Source of the DNA: an uncultured bacterium
GTDB taxonomy: Bacteria; JAJVIF01; JAGGVT01
Reading direction: 5' to 3'
Assembly (NCBI GenBank): GCA_965369605.1
Contig: CBDURE010000013.1
Coordinates: forward strand, 1 to 43,124
Length of the DNA stretch: 43,124 bases
Shown in pieces: positions 9,435 through 19,498 of the stretch. Made by a program: the position numbers and the translations under genes. The notes below the pieces were generated by a model that saw only the letters and a program-made list of their open reading frames with translations, did not search any database and had not been told where the DNA came from. Within the stretch, counting starts at the first letter, position 1, and each line of letters starts with the position of its first letter.

Positions 9435-10514
9435 TTAATTGTGCCTGAAGAAAATAATATCGCCGTCCTGGACGATATATTCTCTTTTTTCACTGCGATA
9501 AACACCGGCATCCTTGCATGCTTTTTCGCTGCCGTATTTGACCAGATCATCGTAAGCTATAACCTCGGCGCGGATGAATCTGGTTTGGAAGTCCGTGTGA
9601 ATGGCTCCTGCCGCGTCATAGGCGGTAGCGCCTTTTTTGGTTGTCCATGACCGGGCCTCGACATCGCCACCTGTGAAAAAGTGGATTATTCCCACGGTTT
9701 TGTAAACCGCCTTGATTAATTTTACCAGCGCTGTTTCCTCCAAACCCATCTCCTTGATGAAAATTTCCTGATCCCCCTTGTCGAGTTCATTCAATTCAGC
9801 CTGGAGTTTGCCTCGTAATACAAGCACCCCAATTCCTTTTTGCGCCAGGTTATTTTTTATGGTATCCAAATCGCCCGGGAAGTTGCCGTCATCATCGGCG
9901 TTGATAAGAACGATGCAGTTTTTCTGCGTAAGGAATCCGAATCCGCGAAGGGTTTTTCTTTCCTCATCGGTGAAGGTTTCCAATCTGAGCGAGCGTTCCT
10001 CGTTGAGTATATTGTTGATACGCGAAATGAGATCGTACTCAACCTGAAGTTCCTTCTTGCCCTTTTTTTTCAAATCGTGTTCGATGCGGGCAAGGCGTTT
10101 TTCCGCCGAGCTCATGTCGGTGATTATCATATCGCTTTCGATGCTTTCCACGTCTCGAAGCGGGTCGATTGTGTTGAACCTGTAGTAGATGCTTTCATTG
10201 ATGAATCCGCGAACGACATAAACCAGCGCGTCCGCCATTTTGAGCTGCGCAATCATTTGGTCGTCAAGGCCCTTTTGCTGCGATGAATCATCCTGCTGAT
10301 ATTCGAAATCGTTGAACTGCATTTCACTGAGAGTCATTTTCGCCGAGTTAAATAATTCAGCCACCTTGTCAAGGCGGTGGTCCTCGATTTTGGATGAACC
10401 CAGACGTGCTTTCAAACGCCCTTTATCGATTGATGTTTCGGTGAATGAATCGCAGAGCGTATTGAAAATCGTTGTCCTGCCCGAGTTGGGATATCCTGTT
10501 AATGCAACTTTCAT
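9435..10514 (-). CDS. Divergent YchF/Ola1-family GTPase-like protein (359 aa) with degenerate G motifs
   Basis: C-terminal ...GAIHTDFQTRFIRAEVIAYDDLVKYGSE...EYIVQDGDIIFFRHN is clearly YchF C-terminal (TGS-like) domain; N-terminal P-loop reads GYPNSGRTT (Arg in place of canonical Lys) and the DxxG position reads NDFE. Confidence 0.65.
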   Translation of the reverse strand: MKVALTGYPNSGRTTIFNTLCDSFTETSIDKGRLKARLGSSKIEDHRLDKVAELFNSAKMTLSEMQFNDFEYQQDDSSQQKGLDDQMIAQLKMADALVYVVRGFINESIYYRFNTIDPLRDVESIESDMIITDMSSAEKRLARIEHDLKKKGKKELQVEYDLISRINNILNEERSLRLETFTDEERKTLRGFGFLTQKNCIVLINADDDGNFPGDLDTIKNNLAQKGIGVLVLRGKLQAELNELDKGDQEIFIKEMGLEETALVKLIKAVYKTVGIIHFFTGGDVEARSWTTKKGATAYDAAGAIHTDFQTRFIRAEVIAYDDLVKYGSEKACKDAGVYRSEKREYIVQDGDIIFFRHN

Positions 10515-10590
10515 TTTTGTATTCTCCCAAACATATAATTATAACCGAGTCACTTAAAATTATCATTCGATAAAGCAGTTATTTGGGATG

Positions 10591-10742
10591 CCTCACCCCC
10601 CAGCCCCCTCTCCACCATGTGGAGATGGGGAGCAGGAAAACGCTATGCGGAGATGGGGAGCAGGGAAACGCTATGCGGAGAGTGAAGGGTAAGAGTAATC
10701 TTACTCCCTTCTCCTGATGCAGGAGAGGGGCTGGGGGTGAGG
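10591..10742. repeat. MITE-like element family 1: terminal inverted repeats cctcaccccc.gcccctctcc / ggagaggggctgggggtgagg enclosing about 110 bp that contains a 30-bp tandem duplication
   Basis: TIRs read directly; internal tandem repeat atggggagcagg(g)aaaacgctatgcggag x2; same TIRs at 16285-16384, 17940-17985, 39171-39305. Confidence 0.7.
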
Positions 10743-10918
10743 TTCTTTAAGCCAGATAAAAAGCGACAGTTCCCTTTTGGAGTATTCTCAGTTATTTCTG
10801 TTTTCACCGGACAGTAGTGATTTGCGAAATGAATCGATAAAATTGTATAATTTGCACGGTTGGAGGGACTTGCCTGAATAGGCGTTTTTTTGTTTTATTC
10901 ATAGGAGATTTACTGAAT

Positions 10919-11821
10919 ATGAGCGATTTGAAACTTGCGTTACTCAATATGATTCCCCAGCCGATGATTATTCTATTCGCGCGCCCTTATGTGGCCGGTG
11001 CGACAATGCAGTCGGCGATTGATGTCGCCGACAGACTCTATAAAACTCGTGGGATTTTATCAACACTCGATGTCCTTGGGGAGGACGTTGACCGAGAGGA
11101 GGATGCTCACGCGGCATGCGACCTGTATCTTCGAACTATTGATGCACTCGGAAGCCGCGATCACGCGACAGTGTCAATCAAGCCGGGACACATGGGGTTT
11201 TATGTCAGTTCTGACATTTGCTATGAGAATGTCGAATCGATAATTCAAAAGGGAGTGGAAAAGAATATCGCGGTTACAATCGATATGGAGGACACCGATC
11301 AAACTGATTTTACTCTGAAACTTTATCGTGAGATGGTGGAGAAGTATCCGACCACCGGAACAGTCCTGCAGTCAAGACTATGGCGCACGAGTGATGACAT
11401 TGATTTGCTTGATGGAATCACGGCGACAGTCCGGTTGTGCATCGGGATTTATGATGTTCCAAAATGCTCGTATCGAACAAAACTCGCAATGAAAGAAAAC
11501 CTTCTCGCGCTGATGAAAAAGCTTTTTGACAAGGGGCATATTGTTCAGATTGCGACTCATGATGAAGCGATAATTCGCCGTGCGGTTGAATATATCGAGG
11601 AGTGGGATATCCCTCGCGAGCGATGTGAATTCCAGATGCTTCTGGGGGTGCCGCGTAATCGAATTATAAATGAACTTCGCAGGAAGAATTATGCAATCAG
11701 GTATTATCTGCCGTTTTGTGAAAGGTGGGATAACGGGGTTGCGTATCTCCGAAGGCGTCTTAACGCCAATCCATATATGATGTTTTATGTGATGCGGAAT
11801 ATTATGCGCGGTTCTGTATGA
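10919..11821 (+). CDS. Proline dehydrogenase (monofunctional PRODH family)
   Basis: Motifs ARPYVAG, LDVLGE, QMLLGV typical of proline dehydrogenase; TGA stop. Confidence 0.75.
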   Translation: MSDLKLALLNMIPQPMIILFARPYVAGATMQSAIDVADRLYKTRGILSTLDVLGEDVDREEDAHAACDLYLRTIDALGSRDHATVSIKPGHMGFYVSSDICYENVESIIQKGVEKNIAVTIDMEDTDQTDFTLKLYREMVEKYPTTGTVLQSRLWRTSDDIDLLDGITATVRLCIGIYDVPKCSYRTKLAMKENLLALMKKLFDKGHIVQIATHDEAIIRRAVEYIEEWDIPRERCEFQMLLGVPRNRIINELRRKNYAIRYYLPFCERWDNGVAYLRRRLNANPYMMFYVMRNIMRGSV

Positions 11822-11858
11822 TTGCAGCTAATTTGAAATCCTTTTGGTCGGTTGTAAT

Positions 11859-12869
11859 TTATAATTCAAGAATCTCATCCCGGCTGATTAACACACTTTC
11901 AGGTAAATCCAAAGTGCCGTTTAACAGTTTTTCTGTTGAGTAGTAATATACTTTGCCCGTCAATTTATCCCAGTTTTCTTCTGCGTCAAGAACGGAACCG
12001 GAACCTACAGGGGAAATTATTTTCATATTACTTGCTCCCTCAATTCCTCTGTCTCTGAAACGTTTTCCCAACGGCTCATCTGTACAATCAAAAAACTTAA
12101 CAGGCTTGTTGTCAAGATAAGCTAATCCACATTCCACAAAACATGGAATCTCACGGTCAGCTGAAATAAAATGCGGCGCCATGTTTTCCTCAATCCAGTA
12201 ATAATTACCCACCAATGCCTCTTCAATAGACGCAGGCGCATTGCCAACTCTCCAGTATTCACCCCTGAAAAAAGCGCCCCAGCAAATATTCCGCATAACC
12301 TGGAAAAAATCATTCTCAGAAACTCTATCCGGGTTTATCTCCTGATCATAATAATAATTAATCACATCAGGAGCTACCTGCGGATTTGGGTACTTATATA
12401 TGATGTAATCATCTATCTCATAGAATACAATCTCAAAATATGCCACATCATCAGATTCACGTATATACGCGATTTTGCCAATATCCAACTGGCGTGGTTC
12501 CAGCTTGTCAGAAACAGGTTTAAGCGGTTCTCCGTTTAAGGGGTTTGAGGGCCAGATAAAACACAATTCTGAAAATAGGAATTCTTTCAAATCATAAGGA
12601 TAACGACCATTAATATAATGGAATTGGAGTAGTGGGGCAATGAAAGCTCCAGAACCGACAGGGCTGAGAATACCGCCGGGAAAATCTTTGTCTGTTTCCC
12701 TGGCAACTTCAGATGCACGTAAATTGTACGGAGTTTGTCCGCTCGATAAATCTCTTTGAGCATCAACTGCGCTTGTGTTGCTGTAACTCGTTATTGTTCC
12801 AGCCCAAAAAATGCAAAGGCAAATCACTACGATTTTAGAAAAAAATTTCATCTTTGAGCTCCTTGTCAT
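11859..12869 (-). CDS. Secreted hypothetical protein (336 aa); about 92% identical over mature region to 19499-20536 product
   Basis: N-terminal signal peptide; near-identical blocks (ILSPVGSGAFIAPLLQFHYINGRYPYDLKEFL...) shared with inverted paralog; even the overlapping antisense ORFs are identical. Confidence 0.7.
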   Translation of the reverse strand: MTRSSKMKFFSKIVVICLCIFWAGTITSYSNTSAVDAQRDLSSGQTPYNLRASEVARETDKDFPGGILSPVGSGAFIAPLLQFHYINGRYPYDLKEFLFSELCFIWPSNPLNGEPLKPVSDKLEPRQLDIGKIAYIRESDDVAYFEIVFYEIDDYIIYKYPNPQVAPDVINYYYDQEINPDRVSENDFFQVMRNICWGAFFRGEYWRVGNAPASIEEALVGNYYWIEENMAPHFISADREIPCFVECGLAYLDNKPVKFFDCTDEPLGKRFRDRGIEGASNMKIISPVGSGSVLDAEENWDKLTGKVYYYSTEKLLNGTLDLPESVLISRDEILEL

Positions 12870-13047
12870 ATAGTAAATTTATCGACTTAAAATTGTATAT
12901 TTCTATTATGACTCATTTTAACAAGGATAGCTTGGTTTTAAGAATGAACAATATTCTTAACTTTGAACCTCCTGCCGTTGTGTTACAATCATAATTAATT
13001 ACGGAATAGTAGGGGATTGTAATCGTCTATCCTCAAAGGGGTCGGAC

Positions 13048-14376
13048 ATGAAAAAAAATATATCGATTATTATCGTTTTGATTCTGGCAATATGCGCTCT
13101 GAGTTGCGGGAATGCCTTGGGAGATAAAGGCGATGACAAATCATCTGAAATGACAAGCGCAGTTGTCGAACGCAATTCGATAAAAGTGCAGGTGGAATCA
13201 ACCGGCAGGATAGTCTCAAACCTGGATGTCGAGATTAAATGCAAGGCGAGCGGTGAGGTTATCACTCTGCCATTTGATATAAGTGATGAGGTTAAGAAAG
13301 GTGATCTGGTCGCTGAATTGGATCCTGTCGATGAGGAGCGCAATGTTCAGAAAGCGAATGTTACTCTTTCATCATCACTTGCACGACTTGCGAAAGCCAA
13401 ACTGAATCTTACAATCGCGCAGGATGATCTTGCAAATGCGCAGGCGCGAGCTGAGGTTGATCATGATACCGCGGTTACTCGCGAGCGGGATACGCTGGCA
13501 AAAGCTGACAGAGTGAAACAGCTTTACGAGCAGAAGCTGGCGAGCCAGGAGGAATACGAAACCGCTGAAACCGCTGCGCAAAAAGCGGAAGCTGATTTAA
13601 CCAATGCCACGATTAGATTAGAGGAACTGAAAACAGATAAAGCCGCGCTGGAATTGAAACGTCAGGATTTGAGCCTGGCTGAATCGGATGTTGAATCCGC
13701 GCGGATTAATCTTTCCACTATTGAACAGAGATTGAAAGACACGAAAGTTTACGCTCCCATTGATGGCATTGTTACTGACAGGCCGGTTCAGATTGGCCAG
13801 ATTATCTCGTCAGGTATCAGCAATGTCGGTGGCGGAACCACGATTCTGACATTGTCTGATTTATCGCGACTGTTCGTGCTGGCATACGTTGATGAAAGCG
13901 ATATAGGCAGAATCGAACAGGGGCAGACTGTGAATGTTTCCGCTGATGCCTTTATTGGAAAGCAGTTCAAAGGCGTTGTGGATCGAATCGCGCAAAAAGG
14001 CATTAATCAATCAAATGTAATTACATTCGAAGTCAGAATCGAACTGCTAAGTAAAAATAAATCTCTCTTGAAACCTGAAATGACAGCGGATGTGGAAATT
14101 TTAATGGCTGAAGCTAATGATGCACTCACGATTCCTTTGGGCGCTGTATCCAGAGAAGAGGGAATGCCGTCAGTGTCAGTAATCATGGATGATGGCAGTG
14201 TGGAAATCCGAAATGTTGAGGTGGGAATAACAGATGGTGAGATTATTGAAATCGTTAAAGGTTTGCAGGAGGGCGAAACGGTAGCAATAAATGAGATGGA
14301 GTACGAAAGCGCATGGCGCAAGCGATTAGAAGAACGAAACAGGAGCAGACCTTCGGGAGGATTGGGTCGCCACTGA
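13048..14376 (+). CDS. Efflux periplasmic adaptor lipoprotein (HlyD/MacA family)
   Basis: Lipobox ALS-C; long coiled-coil region then beta-barrel-like C-terminus; stop overlaps ATG of next gene (TGATG). Confidence 0.75.
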   Translation: MKKNISIIIVLILAICALSCGNALGDKGDDKSSEMTSAVVERNSIKVQVESTGRIVSNLDVEIKCKASGEVITLPFDISDEVKKGDLVAELDPVDEERNVQKANVTLSSSLARLAKAKLNLTIAQDDLANAQARAEVDHDTAVTRERDTLAKADRVKQLYEQKLASQEEYETAETAAQKAEADLTNATIRLEELKTDKAALELKRQDLSLAESDVESARINLSTIEQRLKDTKVYAPIDGIVTDRPVQIGQIISSGISNVGGGTTILTLSDLSRLFVLAYVDESDIGRIEQGQTVNVSADAFIGKQFKGVVDRIAQKGINQSNVITFEVRIELLSKNKSLLKPEMTADVEILMAEANDALTIPLGAVSREEGMPSVSVIMDDGSVEIRNVEVGITDGEIIEIVKGLQEGETVAINEMEYESAWRKRLEERNRSRPSGGLGRH

Positions 14377-15065
14377 TGATCATAAAAACCGAGAACATTG
14401 CAAAGATTTTCAAAGTGGGCGACAGCGTTGTTAAGGCGCTTGACGGCGTAACCTTTAGTGTTGACGAGGGGGATATGGTCGCGGTAACAGGAACGTCAGG
14501 CAGCGGCAAGACTACGCTGATGAATATAATCGGTTGCCTTGGGAAACCGGATTCGGGGAAGTATTTCCTCACTGATGTTGATGTGTCCAATCTGTCCAAG
14601 GATCAATTGGCGGAAACGAGAAATCGCCGCATTGGATTTGTCTTTCAATCGTTTAACCTGATAGCCCGTATGTCATCGCTGGAAAATGTTGAACTGCCGC
14701 TGTTGTATGCGGGTGTCGATGATGCCAAAGCCCGTGCAATTGAATCTCTCAGGAGTGTTGGACTTTTTGAAAGGATGAATCATGAGCCGAATCAGCTTTC
14801 AGGCGGCGAGAAACAGCGCGTTTCGATAGCGCGAGCGCTGGTCACGAAACCGTCCATTCTACTTGCTGATGAGCCAACCGGAAATCTGGACAGTAAAACC
14901 AGCAGGGAGATTCTGGATCTTTTTGTCAAACTAAATGATGAAGGATTGACTGTTTTGGTTGTAACTCATGATGATGATGTCGCCGCGCGATGCAAGCGGG
15001 TTATCCGCATGATGGATGGCCGCATTATCAGCGATGAGCGAAACGGGGGGAAACATCACGGATGA
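14376..15065 (+). CDS. ABC transporter ATP-binding protein (MacB/LolD-type)
   Basis: Walker A GTSGSGKTT, signature LSGGEKQRVSIARAL, Walker B LLADEPTGNLD; start at the internal ATG (14376) overlapping upstream stop. Confidence 0.85.
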   Translation: MIIKTENIAKIFKVGDSVVKALDGVTFSVDEGDMVAVTGTSGSGKTTLMNIIGCLGKPDSGKYFLTDVDVSNLSKDQLAETRNRRIGFVFQSFNLIARMSSLENVELPLLYAGVDDAKARAIESLRSVGLFERMNHEPNQLSGGEKQRVSIARALVTKPSILLADEPTGNLDSKTSREILDLFVKLNDEGLTVLVVTHDDDVAARCKRVIRMMDGRIISDERNGGKHHG

Positions 15066-16270
15066 TTCTGATGACAACAATTAAAATGGCGCTTAAGGGA
15101 TTAGCCGCCAACAAGCTCAGGTCGTTTCTCGCGATGCTCGGAATAATTATCGGTGTTGGAGCGGTAATATCGATGCTGGCGATTGCGACAGGCGCGAAAC
15201 GCGAAATGATGGACAGGATAACGGCAATGGGAACCAATCTGCTTGTTGTAAGGCCCGGGCAGCTTGGGTCGCGCGGTGTTATGAGTGGAACACGCCAGAA
15301 TTTGACTGTTGATGATGCTAAAGCGCTGCTTAACGAAGTGGATGCCATTGAACAGGTTGCACCGGTGGTCTCCAGTAATACGCAAGTGAAATATTTCAAT
15401 AATAATTCGCGTGTTAATGTAATTGGAACTGCGATTACATATCAAACGATTAGAGATTACCATCTGGAAAAGGGAAGATTCTTCTCCGAGGCAGAAATAA
15501 ATAGTACATCACGTGTAGCTGTTCTGGGACCTCAAACCGTTGAAGATCTTGAACTGCCTGAAGATCCCATTGGCGAAACGATTAAACTCCAGGGAATCAA
15601 ATTCCGTGTTGTCGGCGTTTTGAAATCAAAAGGTGATATGGGCTGGTATAATCCGGATAATCAGGTGTTAATCCCATATACAACCGCAATGAAAATCGTT
15701 TTCGGTTTTGATTCACTGCGTGAGATTAATGTTCAGGTAAGCAACAGCGACGCGCTTATGGAAGTTGAAAAAGCGGCTGCAGTTGTGTTGAAAAAACGCC
15801 ATAAAATTGCTCCCGGGCAGGAGGATGATTTCTATATCCGCAATCAGGCTGATTACATCGAGATGGCAAGTGAAACCAACCGTACATTTGCAATACTGCT
15901 GGGAAGCATCGCAAGCATATCACTGCTCGTTGGCGGTATTGGAATAATGAATATCATGCTTGTTACTGTAACTGAAAGAACAAGGGAGATAGGAATACGT
16001 AAGGCGATAGGCGCAAAAGACAGGGATATACTTCGCCAATTTCTTATTGAAGCAATAATCATGAGCGGTATCGGCGGCATAATCGGGGTGGTAGTCGGAT
16101 TTGAAGCATCGAGAATTATAGGTAACGCAACCCAGTTCCAAACAGTTGTCGAACTGACAGGAGTTATGCTGGCTTTATCTTTCTCTGTCGCGGTTGGGAT
16201 ATTTTTTGGTTACTATCCGGCTCGCCGTGCAGCGTTGCTTGATCCGGTGGAATCTCTCTATTATGAATAG
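15062..16270 (+). CDS. ABC transporter permease, MacB periplasmic-core plus FtsX domain type
   Basis: N-terminal TM helix, large periplasmic domain, C-terminal FtsX-like 3 TM helices (GIRKAIGA motif); start overlaps upstream stop. Confidence 0.8.
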   Translation: MILMTTIKMALKGLAANKLRSFLAMLGIIIGVGAVISMLAIATGAKREMMDRITAMGTNLLVVRPGQLGSRGVMSGTRQNLTVDDAKALLNEVDAIEQVAPVVSSNTQVKYFNNNSRVNVIGTAITYQTIRDYHLEKGRFFSEAEINSTSRVAVLGPQTVEDLELPEDPIGETIKLQGIKFRVVGVLKSKGDMGWYNPDNQVLIPYTTAMKIVFGFDSLREINVQVSNSDALMEVEKAAAVVLKKRHKIAPGQEDDFYIRNQADYIEMASETNRTFAILLGSIASISLLVGGIGIMNIMLVTVTERTREIGIRKAIGAKDRDILRQFLIEAIIMSGIGGIIGVVVGFEASRIIGNATQFQTVVELTGVMLALSFSVAVGIFFGYYPARRAALLDPVESLYYE

Positions 16271-16284
16271 GGCTTACTATATGA

Positions 16285-16384
16285 CCTCACCCCTGACCCC
16301 TCTCCTGCATCCGGCGAGGGGAGAAAGCATAGTGCTTTTCTGTTCCCCCTCTCCTGATGCAGGAGAGGGGGCTAGGGGGTGAGG
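16285..16384. repeat. MITE-like family 1 copy (paired TIRs cctcacccc...ggggtgagg)
   Basis: gacctcacccctgacccctctcctgcatccggcgagggg ... cccctctcctgatgcaggagagggggctagggggtgagg. Confidence 0.7.
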
Positions 16385-16442
16385 TTTGATTAAAGCAATA
16401 CGGTATTTAGGTCTGAACTTAAAATGCAGGAAGGACAAAAAG

Positions 16443-17927
16443 ATGCGCTTAACAAAATATAATTTATACTCTCTCAGCATTTCCCTTTTGTGCTGCTTGA
16501 TTCTGTTGCTCTCAAATCCGGTTTATGCTGATAACGGCAACAAGCCGTTGGAACTGACCGTTGAAGAGGCAATACTGATGGCTTTTGAGAACAACAGCGC
16601 GTTCAAGATTGAACTCCTTAAACCGGAATTGCGTGAGAGTTCGGAGCAGCTGGAACGGTCGGCGTTTGATGTTGGATTGTCGAGTTCGGTGTCAACATCG
16701 CGGGACAAGGATGATTCCGGGTCGAAAAGCACTCGATCTGATTTGAGTTTTGGAATTTCAAAACTGCTGTTATCGGGAGGAGATATAAGCCTTGGGCTGT
16801 CATCAAACAGAAACGGGGGAACAGCCAGCGATAACAGCTATTCTGCGCGTGTTAGCCTGACATTATCCCAGCCAATTTTTAAGGGTGCGGGTTACTCAGT
16901 AAATCTTGCGGGATTGCGCAAGGCGCAGTTGAGTGCGAAATCGTCGATTTATGAGCTTCAGGGCTATGCCGAAACACTAATCAGCCAGGTTGAATCAGCA
17001 TATTGGGATTATGCTCTCGCTGTCAGGCAGCTTGCAATCTATGAGGAATCCCTGAATCTAGCCCAGCGACAGTTTGATGAAACCCGGACTATGGTCGATG
17101 TCGGCAAGCTTGCCGAGATGGAGCTTATTACATCAGAGGCGGAAGTGGCATTGCGCAATGAAGCTTTAATAAACGCTCGAAGCAATATTGAAAAAACACG
17201 AATTAAATTAATGCGCCTGTTGAATCCGCCGAATGCTGATTTTATTAAGCAGGATATTGTTATTAAGGATGAATTTGTTATCCCTGAATTTGAAACAGGT
17301 GAAATGGATTCGCATATTAATATTGCGTTACTCAATAGGCCGGATTTGAATCAGGCTGAATTGCAGTTACAGCGAAATGAACTTGATGTATTAACAACAA
17401 AAAATGGATTGCTTCCCAACATGAATTTTTTTGTTACGCTTGGAATGACCGGTTATGCTGATTCGTTCAACCAGTCAATAGGGGATATAGGCAACAGCGG
17501 GAATGAAATACAAGTCGGGATTCAATATACGCAGGATATTGGCAACAGGAATTCACGGGAACGGCACAGGCAGTCTTTAATAAGCGAGGAGCAATCCAGA
17601 GAGGCGATGAACAATCTTGAGCAACTTGCTAAAATGGATGTTAGTGTCGCGTGGATTGAACTTAACCGCACTACCGAACAGATTGTCGCAACAGCGGCAT
17701 CCCGCAAACTGCAGGAGGCGAAATTGCGGGCGGAAACGGAGAAGTATCGCGTAGGGAAATCGACATCGCTGCTTGTCGCTCAGGCACAACGCGACCTTCT
17801 CGCAAGCCGGATATCTGAAATACAAGCTGTTGCAAACTGCCGTAAAGCGGTTGTTGATTTGTTACGGAATGAGGGCGTATTGCTTACGAGATATGGTTTT
17901 TCGTTGGTAAATGGTGAAGTTGTATGA
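16443..17927 (+). CDS. TolC-family outer-membrane efflux protein
   Basis: Signal peptide; two repeated coiled-coil/beta modules typical of OEP/TolC; RBS aggaagga before ATG 16443 (ORF track begins earlier at 16386). Confidence 0.75.
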   Translation: MRLTKYNLYSLSISLLCCLILLLSNPVYADNGNKPLELTVEEAILMAFENNSAFKIELLKPELRESSEQLERSAFDVGLSSSVSTSRDKDDSGSKSTRSDLSFGISKLLLSGGDISLGLSSNRNGGTASDNSYSARVSLTLSQPIFKGAGYSVNLAGLRKAQLSAKSSIYELQGYAETLISQVESAYWDYALAVRQLAIYEESLNLAQRQFDETRTMVDVGKLAEMELITSEAEVALRNEALINARSNIEKTRIKLMRLLNPPNADFIKQDIVIKDEFVIPEFETGEMDSHINIALLNRPDLNQAELQLQRNELDVLTTKNGLLPNMNFFVTLGMTGYADSFNQSIGDIGNSGNEIQVGIQYTQDIGNRNSRERHRQSLISEEQSREAMNNLEQLAKMDVSVAWIELNRTTEQIVATAASRKLQEAKLRAETEKYRVGKSTSLLVAQAQRDLLASRISEIQAVANCRKAVVDLLRNEGVLLTRYGFSLVNGEVV

Positions 17928-17939
17928 TTGTAATAATGG

Positions 17940-17985
17940 CCTCACCCCCGGCCCCTCTCCTGCATCAGGAGAGGGGAGAAAGAGG
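17940..17985. repeat. MITE-like family 1 solo end forming hairpin cccctctcctgcatcaggagagggg, immediately after tolC-like stop (terminator-like)
   Basis: cctcacccccggcccctctcctgcatcaggagaggggag. Confidence 0.6.
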
Positions 17986-18017
17986 GTTTATCAGCTTATA
18001 ATTCTATTCAAGAGCGA

Positions 18018-18956
18018 CTACTTGTTATCAAGGAATCGACCGGCTTCGAGTACCGGAAGGCCGCTGCTTTCCGAGGAAACATAGATTATCTGGGTTTTTT
18101 CATTTGCTACTACTTCTTTAATCCACTGCTGGATTAACAGGCCGTAGGGGCCTCCAATACTGTCCGCGATTTCACGGTTGGCATCAGCAATTCCTTTCGC
18201 TTCAATGCGTTTTCTTTCCGCCTCCTTGGTTTCCTTCTGCAGGACAAAATCCATCTCCTGCTGTTCCTGATCGGCTTTCAATTTTTTTTCGATAGCGGTA
18301 GCAACCATCAGCGGAAGCGCAACATTCCTTAAAAGGGTATTTTCAAGGATGATTCCATATTTCTGGAATGACGGTTCAATCTCTTGTTCAACATCCTCAA
18401 CAAAGATCTCTCTTTTTTCCGATGAGTAAATCGCTGATGATGTATGCTTTGCCGCGGCATCCCTGAGCGCGGTACGTACAGTTGGGCGAATGATTTTCGC
18501 CACATAACCTTCACCCAGCTCCCTGTAAATTCGAGGAGCCTCTTTCGGGTCAATCTTGAACCAGACTGTTACTTCAAGCGTAACAGTCAGGCCGTCGGAT
18601 GTCAGCACTTTGATAGAGTCATCTCCTCGAACCTGCCCCTCACCGGAGGTGCCGCTCATTGTGTACTCCTCGGTTCGTATCGTCATCGGCACTACATTTT
18701 TCAGCGGGTTGATTAAGTGTAAGCCCTCTTTAAGAGGGGTTGGGGTGACTTTTCCGAATAGTTTTTCCACTCCGACATAACCGGCATCCACAACCCTGAG
18801 GCCTGACCCCGCGATTAAGAGCACTCCGACCACAATCAGGATTGAACCGGGTCCCGTTGACTGCATCACTTGTCCACTGCTTAAGAAAATAAGTTTCTTG
18901 CTAACGAAATAAATTCCGACAAAAATAGCTATTATTCCCAGTACTAAAAATTGCAT
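18018..18956 (-). CDS. SPFH/band-7 (stomatin/HflK/C-like) membrane protein
   Basis: N-terminal TM helix then SPFH core (GYVGVEKLFGKV..., coiled-coil EQQEMDFVLQKETKEAERKRIEA). Confidence 0.75.
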   Translation of the reverse strand: MQFLVLGIIAIFVGIYFVSKKLIFLSSGQVMQSTGPGSILIVVGVLLIAGSGLRVVDAGYVGVEKLFGKVTPTPLKEGLHLINPLKNVVPMTIRTEEYTMSGTSGEGQVRGDDSIKVLTSDGLTVTLEVTVWFKIDPKEAPRIYRELGEGYVAKIIRPTVRTALRDAAAKHTSSAIYSSEKREIFVEDVEQEIEPSFQKYGIILENTLLRNVALPLMVATAIEKKLKADQEQQEMDFVLQKETKEAERKRIEAKGIADANREIADSIGGPYGLLIQQWIKEVVANEKTQIIYVSSESSGLPVLEAGRFLDNK

Positions 18957-19168
18957 GATTCCTCCGAAAAGATCAAGGCTTGGTTAATTACGGACTCATT
19001 TTACCGATTGCATGAGAAAAGCACAAATGGAAGTTTTGTAAAAGCAAGTAGTATGGTTTCTTGTGAAGTTGTCTCAAAACCTCTAAATAGCAGGAAAAAC
19101 GCCATTCCGACCTTTCGCTTCGCGAATGTCGGAATGACGAACTATTTATATTCTGAGACAGTTTTGCA

Positions 19169-19192
19169 AGAAACCGGGCTACAATCTAATCT
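19169..19192. repeat. 24-26-bp direct repeat gaaaccgggctacaatctaatcta; second copy at 20567-20594; the pair brackets the 19499-20536 paralog plus its promoter
   Basis: Both copies read directly; a degenerate third copy (cccaggctacaatctgaatga) at about 19208. Confidence 0.65.
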
Positions 19193-19498
19193 ACGCAAAA
19201 CCTGGGAAATGGATTCCCAGGCTACAATCTGAATGATAAGGTCTGCGTGAAGTTTGAGGCGATGTTTATCCTTTGGAATTTCGTGGGTATGGTATTGTAT
19301 GGTCGCATCCTGGACGGGCAATATTAGCAGGGAACTCATTATTGGATTGTTTTGGTATATGCGATGGTGAACCCAGCGTTGTACTTCATTCACTTGATGA
19401 AGAGAAATGTCGGAATTGTAATTTGCTCTAGTGAAAAAAATATTTTGAGCTATATGAAATATAGTCGATTAATTTACTGGATATCAAGGAGTAAAAAA

